Source: Octopus sinensis (Eukaryota). From it: a stretch of 64,000 nucleotides of DNA. Position numbers and translations under genes: made by a program. Of this stretch, positions 12,193-23,265 are shown in pieces. The stretch lies in assembly GCF_006345805.1 (NCBI RefSeq), contig NC_043005.1, forward strand, positions 102,548,001 through 102,612,000. Reading direction: 5' to 3'. Below the pieces are notes generated by a model, which had not been told where the DNA came from, did no database searches, and saw nothing but the letters and a program-made list of their open reading frames with translations. Each line of letters opens with the position of its first letter. Position 1 is the first letter of the stretch.

Positions 12193-13235
12193 GAGGAAAG
12201 AGAGTACATATTATTTCACTAAATTATAATAATTACATATAAAGCATTGGATGTTATTAGCATGCTATATTATATTATATATAGACATAATCTATTCCTA
12301 TTGTGCATACATTCCATCCCTATCACATCTTTAATAAAAATCCTGCTTTCGAATACTGATTATTCAAGTAGAATAATTAGTATTTATGACACCATCTGCA
12401 TATTACGCAATAGCATTTTTTCTTATTAGACGCATAATTATAACACCCCCATCTTTATTCCAATAATCCTTTATTAACCCATCAATATTATTTTTCCTTT
12501 ATTAACTTTAAAATTTAATCCCCAAATTATAGTATCATAATAAAATACTATATAATATCTCCTTCATTGCTAATCATATAGAACCCCATAGCTCCTATAT
12601 ATATTTCCCTTATTTTAATTAACTCACAACTATTCAATTTTTATTTGGATTCTAAAACTTAATACCAAATTCTATTATCAATTTATTCTTAATTCAATGC
12701 AATCATATATATTATCCTCTTCTTGGTCAATTGCAACACTTTTTCCTCCATATCAATATATATAGCAACATTAAAATTATAAATCATATATTAGCTCTCC
12801 GCAGCATATTCAATAATGCACCACTTCTAATTTTCTATATTAAGGATGCCCATATAACCCAAATTTTAAAATTCCCTTTTAGCCTGCATATTTATTAAAA
12901 CAATGATCATATAAAGCATATTAATACCATAGTATAAGTATAAATTTAATCCATAGATCTCTCGCTATTTGAAATTATTATACCATCTAATCCCAATATT
13001 ATACAATAATCCATAATATTTATCTCATTGTTAAACGAAATATACATATATTCCACTTCTACACACTCATAACCAATATAATTACCTTTTGTTTTTCAGT
13101 AATTTACTTAATAATCCTATATATATATTTATTCCATGTAACCCATAATTTTTAATGCTATTATTAGGAATTTTAAACTTTTATTTTCTAAAATCTCATA
13201 AACCAATATCAACAACTATTGAAACTTTTAATCTA

Positions 13236-13558
13236 TACTCTTTACTCTTTTACTCTTTTACTTGTTTCAGTCATTTAACTGCGGCCATGCTGGAGCACCG
13301 CCTTTAATCGAGCAACTCGACCCCGGGACTTATTCTTTTTGTAAGCCCAGTACTTATTCTATCGGTTTCTTTTGCCGAACTGCTAAGTAACGGGGACATA
13401 AACACACCAGCATCGGTTGTCAAGCAATGCTAGGGGGACAAACACAGACACTCAAACAAACACACATACATATATATATATACATATATACGACAGGTTT
13501 CTTTCAGTTTCCGTCTACCAAATCCTCTCACAAGGCATTGGTCGGCCCGGGGCTATAG
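13236..13558 (-). mobile_element. SINE family A, 5'-truncated
   Basis: Reverse complement of the 3' three-quarters of the copy at 11796. Confidence 0.9.
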
Positions 13559-13939
13559 CCACATGTATATATATATATATATTAACTATAAATCTTACTA
13601 ATCAAATTAATAAAGGGAGATTACTAGTTATTACAATTACACTTTAGAATAATGTAACAGATTATAAACTAGTACATTTAAAAACAATTTCACATAAAAA
13701 TCTAAATTCCTCTCACAAGTAAGGGCAATATATAATTTTCAAATTCTTTTTCTTTGAACAATGGAAAGTATATCTTAGTCCATTGAAATACTAAATAATA
13801 AAAGTTATAATGAATTTTCTCCGAATTACATTCAAAACTAATATCGTAGAACGCAATATAAAATAACTTTTCCCCTTTTTTCACCTTTATTTCTTAATCT
13901 TCTCTTTGTATCTTATTCCCAACATAAAAATTTATGTTT

Positions 13940-14188
13940 ACGGAGATGTACTTGCATAGCAAGTGATTTGATCTGAGATCGTATGCTGGAACGAAAACAA
14001 TTGCAGCGTGGAAGGTGTTTGTAAGCCATTTAGGAAACACACAAAAGCCGTTCGATTCACTTCAACATTTAAGTTTAATTTGTTAAAATATTTTCGACGC
14101 TATAAGACCGCGACCTGTTCACTGACAAAAATTCGTGCTGCATCTCGGATGTTTCTTAAATGGCTTACAAACACCTTCCACGCTGCAA
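13940..14188 (-). mobile_element. Short repeat with hammerhead-like motif (14079-14130, G3:C8 core) and a 38-bp internal inverted duplication
   Basis: Inverted homologue of 48900-49105. Arms 14001-14038 and 14151-14188 are reverse complements with 1 mismatch. Confidence 0.75.
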
Positions 14189-14380
14189 AAATGTATGTGT
14201 GTTTCTTCTCCCACTTTTCTCCCATGTTGTCACTTTCCTTCATTTTTCTCTTCATAAAATCTATTGTTCTCTCTATACTCTTAATTATTTTTCTTCACAT
14301 ATATATTTTAATTCATCTCCGAATTATGTAAACACTAACTTTTCTCTGAATAATGGAACGTATACGTTAGTACATTGAAA

Positions 14381-14765
14381 TCTCTCTCTATATAAACGGC
14401 AGTTTGTCTGTGTGTGTTTCTGTGTGTCTGTTTGCTTGTACCCTCACCCTGACCACGGCTTTCAACCGATTCTGATGAAACTTGACACACACATAGCCCA
14501 ATGTCATAATTCAAAACTAACGCAGCGAAAATTTTGAAAAGTTCCCTCAGTTCTGAAAAAGATCGATAAATTCGACATGGGGGTCGACAATCAGAAACAC
14601 AAACCACAGATGGTCTAGGGGATGCAACTCGACCTTTTTAACTCTCAAAAAAAATTTACCACAATTATTTTCCCATTTTTTTGCTAATTTTTGGCTATAA
14701 CTCTCTAAAAATGCTTTATAGTTATTTCCCTTACAAACCCGAGCAACGCCGGGCGATACTGCTAG
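14381..14765 (+). mobile_element. Non-autonomous Helitron
   Basis: Starts A|TC, ends CTAG|T, with a subterminal hairpin CCCG-AGCAACGC-CGGG 8 nt before CTAG. The 3' end is shared with 21186-21827. Confidence 0.85.
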
Positions 14766-15044
14766 TGCTAAATAATTAACGGTTATTTTAGTACATAACA
14801 TAGAATTATCTTTCTCTTTTGTTTCCCAAATCATTTATGTTCTGCCCCCTCAAAAATCTATTTCATCTCTCAATTTGCCTTCAATACCCTTAACAGCCCA
14901 TAACAAGCCCAGATAATTAAACCCCTACTTTATGTCCCATAACACTTATATGTTTATGTCCCAAATATTATTATTTTTTAAATTTCATCTAGTTTCAGCT
15001 CACGAGCTGTGGCCATGCTGGGGCACCGCCATTTGGTGTTGTAT

Positions 15045-15910
15045 ACTTGATTTTACTTCACGAACGCTTTTTAGCAATTGACATTTGGTGCATGAGAAAG
15101 TTTGATGCAGCTGGTTCATCTGACACACTGAAGGGAAGAGGTCCAGCTTTATTTTGAAGACACTACATCCACCCCATGCAGGTCTCTCAGGTTATTCGGG
15201 AGTATATTGAAGAGCTGTGAGCCTCTGAAGCCCAGGCTATCACAGTATCTTGTCCTACATCTCGATGGCAAATTTGGAGTCCTTGGCACTATGCAGTGGC
15301 ACTCAGTTCTAGTATTTGTGTAACTCTCGATGCCAAAGTTTGGGACAAGTCCTTCCAGGTTCCTCCAGATGTTTATTATGGCTTATATTTCTCGCCTACG
15401 GTCCAAGGAATATAGTCTTTATCTCTTGAGTCTTTCCCAATAGCTTATATGCTGCACAGAAGCTATCTTCTTCGTGTAGCTTCGTTGGATCGCCTCAAGA
15501 TCTGTGATTAACTTGACACTGGTTGGTGACCATAGCTGAGAGCATTAGTCAAAGTGGCTTAGGACAAGTGTCCTCCAGAGGAGCATCATGGTTTCCTGGT
15601 CTCTTGTTCTAAAAGTTCGAAGAATCCATCCGGTCAGCCGCCTATATTTCATTTCCAATTTAGCAACATGCACATGAAACGTTGCATCATTACTCATGTA
15701 AATGCCCAAGTCTCGTACTGACTGTGCCTCTGGGACTGCAATCCCTCCAGGTCCAGTGAATTTATAGGGTATTGCATTTAGTTTTGCATGAAACTTGAAA
15801 CTTGAAACAAAAAGCTTGAAACTTTTCAGCATTAAACTGCATGCTATTCTTTTCAGCCCACTAGTATATTTCATCTAGCTCACATTGGAGGTGCATAGTG
15901 TCTTCAGGGT
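15045..15910 (-). mobile_element. CR1/L2-type LINE 3' fragment (reverse transcriptase C-terminal region), pseudogene
   Basis: Reads VRDLGIYMSND..GWILRTF..LWRTLVLSHFD*CSQLWSP..LEAIQR, with one in-frame stop where Tyr is expected. Confidence 0.85.
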
Positions 15911-16044
15911 TAAGATTTCATTAGATAATATATCTCCACATGAATTCGGTGTCCTGATAATTTATTATTTATGCTATTTGAATTTTGAAAATACGGTCCT
16001 CATCTTAGTAATTTCGTTGTTGACCGCTGGATATTAAACATCAC

Positions 16045-16145
16045 TCCCTGATGAAATCCGAACATAATGAGGAGCTGTTTTACATCTAACATATGTTGAA
16101 TGGTAATGATCGAAATCAAACGCCCGGATCGAAACATATGTAGGA
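16045..16145 (+). ncRNA. Type I hammerhead-like motif with 64-nt stem II loop, in pLTR-like element 16030-16275
   Basis: TCC-CTGATGA-A-ATCCG-(64 nt)-CGGAT-C-GAAAC-ATAT-GT-A-GGA: canonical core, palindromic ATAT loop, GUA site. The base pair closing stem II is an A-C mismatch. Confidence 0.65.
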
Positions 16146-16505
16146 TTCTTTTCTGTTTATTATTTTTTTGGTTCGGTTTCTTGATATTCTAAATCTTATA
16201 TGTATTACATGTTTTCATTGTGATACTAATAAAATTATCCAAGTATCCACTATATTTCTTCTCTATTTTCTTATATATATATATATGAGAGCGAGAGGGG
16301 ACACACAAATAGAGATATAGAGCATCAGAGACAGAAAGATATACATGAGTGTTTGAGTGTCTGTGTAAGTGTGTATGTGTATGTGTGCTAGTGTTTGTAT
16401 CAATAAACAGCCATGCGTATTTTGGTGCGCTCGAACATGAGTTCACATATGAAGGTGTCTACATTTAATTTTCATTTTCTTTCCATCTCTCTCCATGTTG
16501 TTATG

Positions 16506-16596
<91 letters not shown>

Positions 16597-19500
16597 GCAT
16601 ATACGTATATGCGCATGAACGTTTATACGGATGTGTGTATGCGTGTATACAAAAGCTACTTGTGCAAGTATTTCTTCTATGTTGGCACGTCCAGCTGACA
16701 CATCGATAATCTCATATATAAATAACATTCAATAATAGTGATTTATATGTTGCATCTAGTTACGAGTGTTCCAGAAGTAAAAATATCTCATTGGCGTTTC
16801 CCAGGAGATACGTGCAAAGTATTGCAAACGTTTAACACTGACCAGCTTGCAACGTCATAGTTAACAACTTTAACCGCTAGCTCAATTATCCTTCACCTCC
16901 TACTTCATCACCGACAGCATTTAAATCGAGTACTGTATCCACGCCTCTCCTTAAATACCATCCCTAACACTTACTTGTCTACGAACAAGAGAAAGATGTG
17001 TGTTCATAACCCTAACCCAACAGTCTATAATGATACGTATAATCGAAGACCTAACTGTAATTGACGGATCTGAAGTAAACAAACTTTTTGATTTGTATCT
17101 CCCAATCTATAGATATTGGGTTGAATATTTAATGAGATGGTAACTGAGCAAGTAAATCATGGTTTATTTTTCTCACTTGAAATTGTCGATTTAGAGTTCT
17201 ACTGTGGAAACTGAAAATATATGGTTGTGTTAGAATATTTATTCTTCTATTTTAAGTATTTCAGAAATTCTGATCTGATTGGTCGTTTTGCTATGCATGA
17301 TTTTCATTCACTACCGATTGCAACACGTTTAAACTTAGTAAACTTTTCCAAATTGTTATGATGTCATATCTGAAGTAATGTTTGGACAACCGAATATATT
17401 CTTCCAGCAAGTGATTTGGGGGGATCATTTAAGCATCACATGGAATGCAATAACAATTTTGTTCCAACTGCTTCGCTTTCAGTTCAGATACCACCTAGGG
17501 AAACTTCGCATTTCCCCCTTTCCTTTGCAGTGAATGGCAGATTTGGTGAATCATAAGAATGGTAGCAGATTTGCGAAATTCTGATCCTTGCACTATTTGC
17601 CCTGCCTTTCTGCTTTCTGATTTGAAATCTTGCTATAATTTACTTGTAGGTTAAACTGAATCCCCTGCTCAGTTTAAAACCAGTGCCTGTCTGATATACG
17701 TACCTTTGTGAAGTTCATCCCATTGTGCGCTTCCGCAGAAGGTTCCCTGTTCATAAAAATGAAGTATATTTACCCATTAATTGATGAAAAATCTAAGCTC
17801 GTTACATTCCTCCCATTCATATGACGATAGTCATCTTTGAAGACAAGCATTTTTTGTGTCACCTGTAATGATAAATAAATGTTCTTCAAATGGACTTTTT
17901 ATCTCGCCGGACGAGACAAATGCATTAGCTGTTCATGAGCAATTTTTCTCCACTGTTTTCTACGTTTTGTGATTCTGTGTAACAATTTCCAAGTCTGACG
18001 GGCAGGGGCACATTTGTAGAGCCTTCATATTAGTGAAGATTTCCATACTCCTTTGAGACTGCAGCATTACATCCACTCATATATTCACCTCCGCACTTAC
18101 TGAATCATGTTACTCTTTGCTTCTCTGTCTACCCCTCGAGGGGAATCTGCAATATTTATAAACTTCGTGGTGCATAAGCAAACAAGGAAACTTGTACATT
18201 GTGGTCCAAACCACTTGGAAGAGAAGCCATCACTTTATATTGCTATTCTTTTTGTAACGGAAAATTTTCTTGGTTACCCGTAGCGGAAATAATATACGAA
18301 GGCATAATTTTCAAAAAATGCTGCAGAAAGGCCCATGATGACATAACAGGTTGCAGATGCATTCGTCCGCATCATACATCGAGGTAGGAATAGCTGTTCA
18401 ATCGAAATAAACATATTTACTAATGTCACGTAGGTACATGTAGGCATTGTCGCTATCAGTATTTAAACGGAAGCGTGTTGAAATCCTATAATCATTGAAC
18501 AGGAACAGGTGATGGAACACATTGCAGTATGTGATGATCCATGAAGTGTAACCCTTCATTCGACTCGACCGAGTTGAAGACAGTAATAGAAATAGTAAGA
18601 TTTGGTATAATCAGTAGAGGTCAGGGAATATTACACTTTCATAGACCCATGAGATTAGTTGTAAGAATGGAGGTAGCCCTTCCTTCAGCGAGCTTCCACA
18701 GATTCAATTCATTAAATTTCACTCGCATGCGGCGGCTTTAATCTAACTGTGGTTATGGGAGAATGTATTTGTCCAAGATACCGAGCACCAGGATTGAACT
18801 CCGAGTCATATAGATATAAAATGATATTCTTAAGCTGGCAACTATATCTGCAAAATGCAAACCATTTACATTTCATATATAACTTACACTAGAAGCATAC
18901 AAGAGACTTCACAGAGAGAATATCGTCGCAGATTTCGATGTGTTCCAATAAAGTGAGTCCTCAGATCAATACAAGTGTTAATTTATAGTTATATGGAACA
19001 TTTAAACCTTTAGTTATTTAGCAGAGGAAGAAATGCAACGCCCATGACATTCTCCAAGACCTTCAAGGACAGAGGTTGTTAAACAGAGATCTGAGACCAG
19101 GTTTAGATATTTACAACACAGTGGACTCCAATAATGTCCTTCACGAATAAGACATTGGTGTTAAACCGAGCAACTGATGAAGAATACTTCCAAGAAATTA
19201 GATTCATTCGACGTGCGTTCTTAGTTTTTACCCACCAAATTTACAAGTCTTTGGTATACTTGGTACTCTCCGTGCTCTGGAATCGAACTTTCTAAATGAA
19301 ATTCTTGGCTAAAAAAACGGTGTAATAGATATGTCACACCTGAAAAGTAATACTATCAAAATAACATGTCATTGTTCAGCGAATATTGCTGAACCTGATA
19401 ATTTCAATCATAAATGCATTAAATTTTTTTTTCCTCTGAAGTGTAATTACTGGGAGTGTAATATATTTGCGTTGAAATCAATAGAATATAGTTATCTTGA

Positions 19501-19935
19501 ACTAAAACATGCTAAAATTTTTATTTGGGAACATCGCTTGTGTCGGTTTAATGATTCTCTTTCAATGTAATTCATTTCCAGTTTCATCCATTCTCCACTT
19601 TGTTATCACAACTTGATATGATCTCAGATTCATCAGCAGCTACAATCAAAGGGAAAAAATATGTTTTATGTGGTTTCTACGATACTAAATTGAAATTACT
19701 CACTCGGGGTGGCCATCAGACCATTAACATTAGATATAATCACTCAACAACACTGCCCCAAAATCAATTCTGGTCTACATCATTCTGTGATTTTAAATTG
19801 TTTAATAGGCATTAACTATAAAGTACTGAAATTCCTACTATGCATATTTGTTTTATGAAAGTGGTCTTAATATTCTAGTATACATGCATATATACATACA
19901 TATGCATATATACACACACGCATATATATAAATAT

Positions 19936-19992
<57 letters not shown>

Positions 19993-20003
19993 CACACATA
20001 TAT

Positions 20004-20085
<82 letters not shown>

Positions 20086-20902
20086 CATATATATATATAT
20101 GTATATATACACGTAGATATGTATATACATATATACATGTATACATATATACTCTTATGTCTGTGTGTGTGTGTTTATGCGCAAACTAAGACTCCATACA
20201 AATTTCATACATCTATATTGGTAATAAAATCAGAAGTATCACCATGGGCTTTACACATTTTAATCAAGATTTATTGAATCAAGGAAAATCGATCTATTTA
20301 GAACAGTCAAGATACATATTCATTTTGTCATTTATATTGAGTATAGTTTGATGGCAAAATGTTTTGAATATCGTAAAAGTTGATGTATATGGAGCGCAAT
20401 TTGAAACTAAGTGCTATAATATAATTGTTGGTTCACTTGACTTTAAAGTAAATGATTTTGAGTAGTATTATGGCTGTCTCCGGAATAGGAAAGAAAAACA
20501 TGTTGAAAACATTAGAGTTCGCAATGTTTGCAGCGTATTCAATAATTGTAAAAGGAAGATTATGTAGAGGTAGATAATTTATATGTAAGTTTTATACGAA
20601 GTTGTTTATATTTTAACGGCATACATGATTAGATAAACAGATGGTGAGTCAGACAATCACACAACGAACACGCACACATTTTCTCTATTTTCGTTTAGAT
20701 TTAAAACGTGACCACTATTTTGCATTTGTGTGTTCGAGTCACTTTATTTTAAAATCTTTTGGGGTTGACTGATATTTAAACATAGACTTCATGGAAAACC
20801 ATCCTTTTCCACATCGACCGAAGAATTGAGATGTTACAGAAGCACCTAGATTTCTAGATAGATAAACATAAGTAAACTCTACGATCATTTTTTATACGCT
20901 TA

Positions 20903-21105
20903 TCTCTTTTCCTCTTTTCCTCTTTTACTCTTTTGATTGTTTCAGTTATTTGACTGTGGCCATGCTGGAGCGCCGGCTTTTCGTCGAGTAAATCGACCCT
21001 AGGACTTATTCTATCGGTCTCTGTCGCCGAACCGCTAGGTTACGTAAACACACCAGCATCGGTTGTCAAGCGATGTCGGAGTGACAAACGCAGACATACA
21101 AACAT
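20903..21105 (-). mobile_element. SINE family A, 3' half
   Basis: Matches the reverse complement of the tail of the full copies. Confidence 0.8.
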
Positions 21106-21145
21106 ATATACACACATACATACATACATTCATTCATACATATAG

Positions 21146-21177
<32 letters not shown>

Positions 21178-21185
21178 ATATATAT

Positions 21186-21827
21186 ACTATAGTATATATC
21201 GCCTGGCGTTGCTCGGGTTTGTAAGGGAAATAACTATATAAGCATTTTTAGAGAGTTATAGCCAAAAATAGCAAAAAATGCATTAAAATGGAAAAAATAT
21301 GATGCTAAATTTTTTTTAAATCGTTGACTCATCGTAGACATTTTTAGAGAGTTACTTCCCTTATATCATAGCGAGCGAAAAAATGCATTAAAATGGGAAA
21401 AAACGATGGTAAATTTTTTTTAAAATCGTAGACTCATGTAGACGCTTTCTTAGCCATTTCTGTTTTGGTGTCTTCAAGCCATGAAGTCGTTGTTCTAAAA
21501 GAACACTGGTCTCCTTGACAACGCATTACGACGTTTATTTCCTTACACTCCCTTCCCCACAGGTGCAGGTGTGAGCGTGGACGCCAACTCCGCCGCCATC
21601 GACACACGAAAAATTATGCATTAAAATGGAATAAAAAATGATGTTAAATTATTTTTAAAATCGTAGACTCATCGTAGACGCCGCGCTAATATTCAGACGG
21701 GCTCGATATGAATCACGACTATAAGCTACCCGAATTTGGTTAAACTGTACCGCAAAATGTGGGAGTAGTTAGGAATCTAAATCGAGGGGACAGACACTCA
21801 CACAACTACAGTTTTATATTATATAGA
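21186..21827 (-). mobile_element. Non-autonomous Helitron with three internal subrepeats
   Basis: About 100 bp at the 3' end is the reverse complement of the end of 14381-14765, including the hairpin. The 5' end reads TCTATATAAT. ATGCATTAAAATGG..AAATCGTAGACTCATCGTAGAC is repeated three times. Confidence 0.75.
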
Positions 21828-21834
21828 TATACAT

Positions 21835-22215
21835 AGCTCAGTAGTGGTGAGATATTGACAGCAAAGAAAAGCATACATCACTCTCTGCATGCAATTAGAC
21901 TCGGAAAGTTCGTGAGGAACCATGACCCAATTTGCTGACTTTTCCGATAGCACACAGGTGTCAATGAATGGTTGAATGACCAAATCCAAGCTTCTCTGCT
22001 AGTTCCTCAACAGTTACGATGATATTTTGTTCCACCAGGGTTTTCAGGATGTCCTTGTCGAGTTCTACAGATCTTTCAGGATGAGGCTCGTCTTCCAGGC
22101 TGTAGTTTATGGCTCGGGATTTCTGGAACCACCATTGACACTGCCTTACGCTTATTGTCCAATCCCCATATACTGCATTAATATTTCTTGTACTTTGCAC
22201 ACATTTATATCTGTT
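21835..22215 (-). mobile_element. Mariner transposase N-terminal (HTH) fragment
   Basis: ORF 21961-22200 reads INAVYGD..SVRQCQWWFQK..SLEDEPHPERSVELD..TVEELAEKLGFGHSTIH. Same family as 59052-59690. Confidence 0.85.
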
Positions 22216-22399
22216 ATTCTTTTATATGTTTCAGCCTTGAGGTTGTGGCAATGCTGGATCATGTGTGCGTGTGTGTGGTGTGTGTGTGTGTGTCTATCGT
22301 CTGTCTGTCTGTATGTATATATGTATATGTATGTGTGTGAACCATAATATTTTCAACAGATGTGTTGCAAATGTATCTGATTGTTCTCAAGCTTCAATA

Positions 22400-22575
22400 C
22401 TGTGTGTGTGTGTATGTGTGTGTGTATGTATGTATGTATATGTATGTATGTATGTATGTATATGTATGTATGTATGTATGTATGTGTGTATGTATGTATG
22501 TGTGTGTGTGTATGCATGTGTGTGTGTATGTGTGTGTGTATGTATGTATGTATGTATGTATGTATGTATGAGTGT
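22400..22575. repeat. (TG)n/(TGTA)n compound microsatellite
   Basis: Direct inspection. Confidence 0.9.
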
Positions 22576-23052
22576 ATGTTTACTTTATTACTAATTACTC
22601 TCTTCCAAGAACATTTTCACTCACTCTTAGCTCTTAGCTTCCCATACATTTTACTCATGTATCTATCAGCGTCATAGACAGAATACTTTCACTTTAGTCT
22701 TCCTCAAATCACTCTGTCGCTATTTACTTTCATTTTATTCGTTGCCCACTGTGTGTGTGCGTTTGGTGCGTGTGGTGTAAACCAGACTAAGAAAAGCATT
22801 GACACACACACCAGAATGTGAGTTTTCTGTAAATTTTGCTTAATTGGAGTTTAAATTTTAAAAACTGGACCTGGCATGACGCGATGCATTGTACTCTTAA
22901 AACTGGCTCGTAAATTGTAATTGAAGAAATCCTATATTGTTAGATTTGTATAACTCCCAAGGGAGGCAGATAAAATCTGCCTTTATAATAAGAGATTTAT
23001 ATATATACATATAAATATATATATATATACATATAAATATATATATATATAA

Positions 23053-23106
<54 letters not shown>

Positions 23107-23173
23107 TATATGTATATATATAATATAATATAGATATATATATATAATATATATATATATACATATTATATAT

Positions 23174-23265
23174 ATGACGGATTTCTTTCAGTTCCGTCTA
23201 CCAAATCCACTCATAAAGCTTGCCAAATGTGCCACGCAGTGGGAATGAACCTGGAAACATGTGAT
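23174..23265 (-). mobile_element. SINE family A internal fragment
   Basis: TTTCAGTTCCGTCTACCAAATCCACTC and GTGCCACGCAGTGGG match family A. Confidence 0.6.

Noticed and set aside
19174-19200. CTGATGA-AGAATACTTCCAA-GAAA hammerhead-like string
   Set aside because: No stem III/NUH or stem I pairing.
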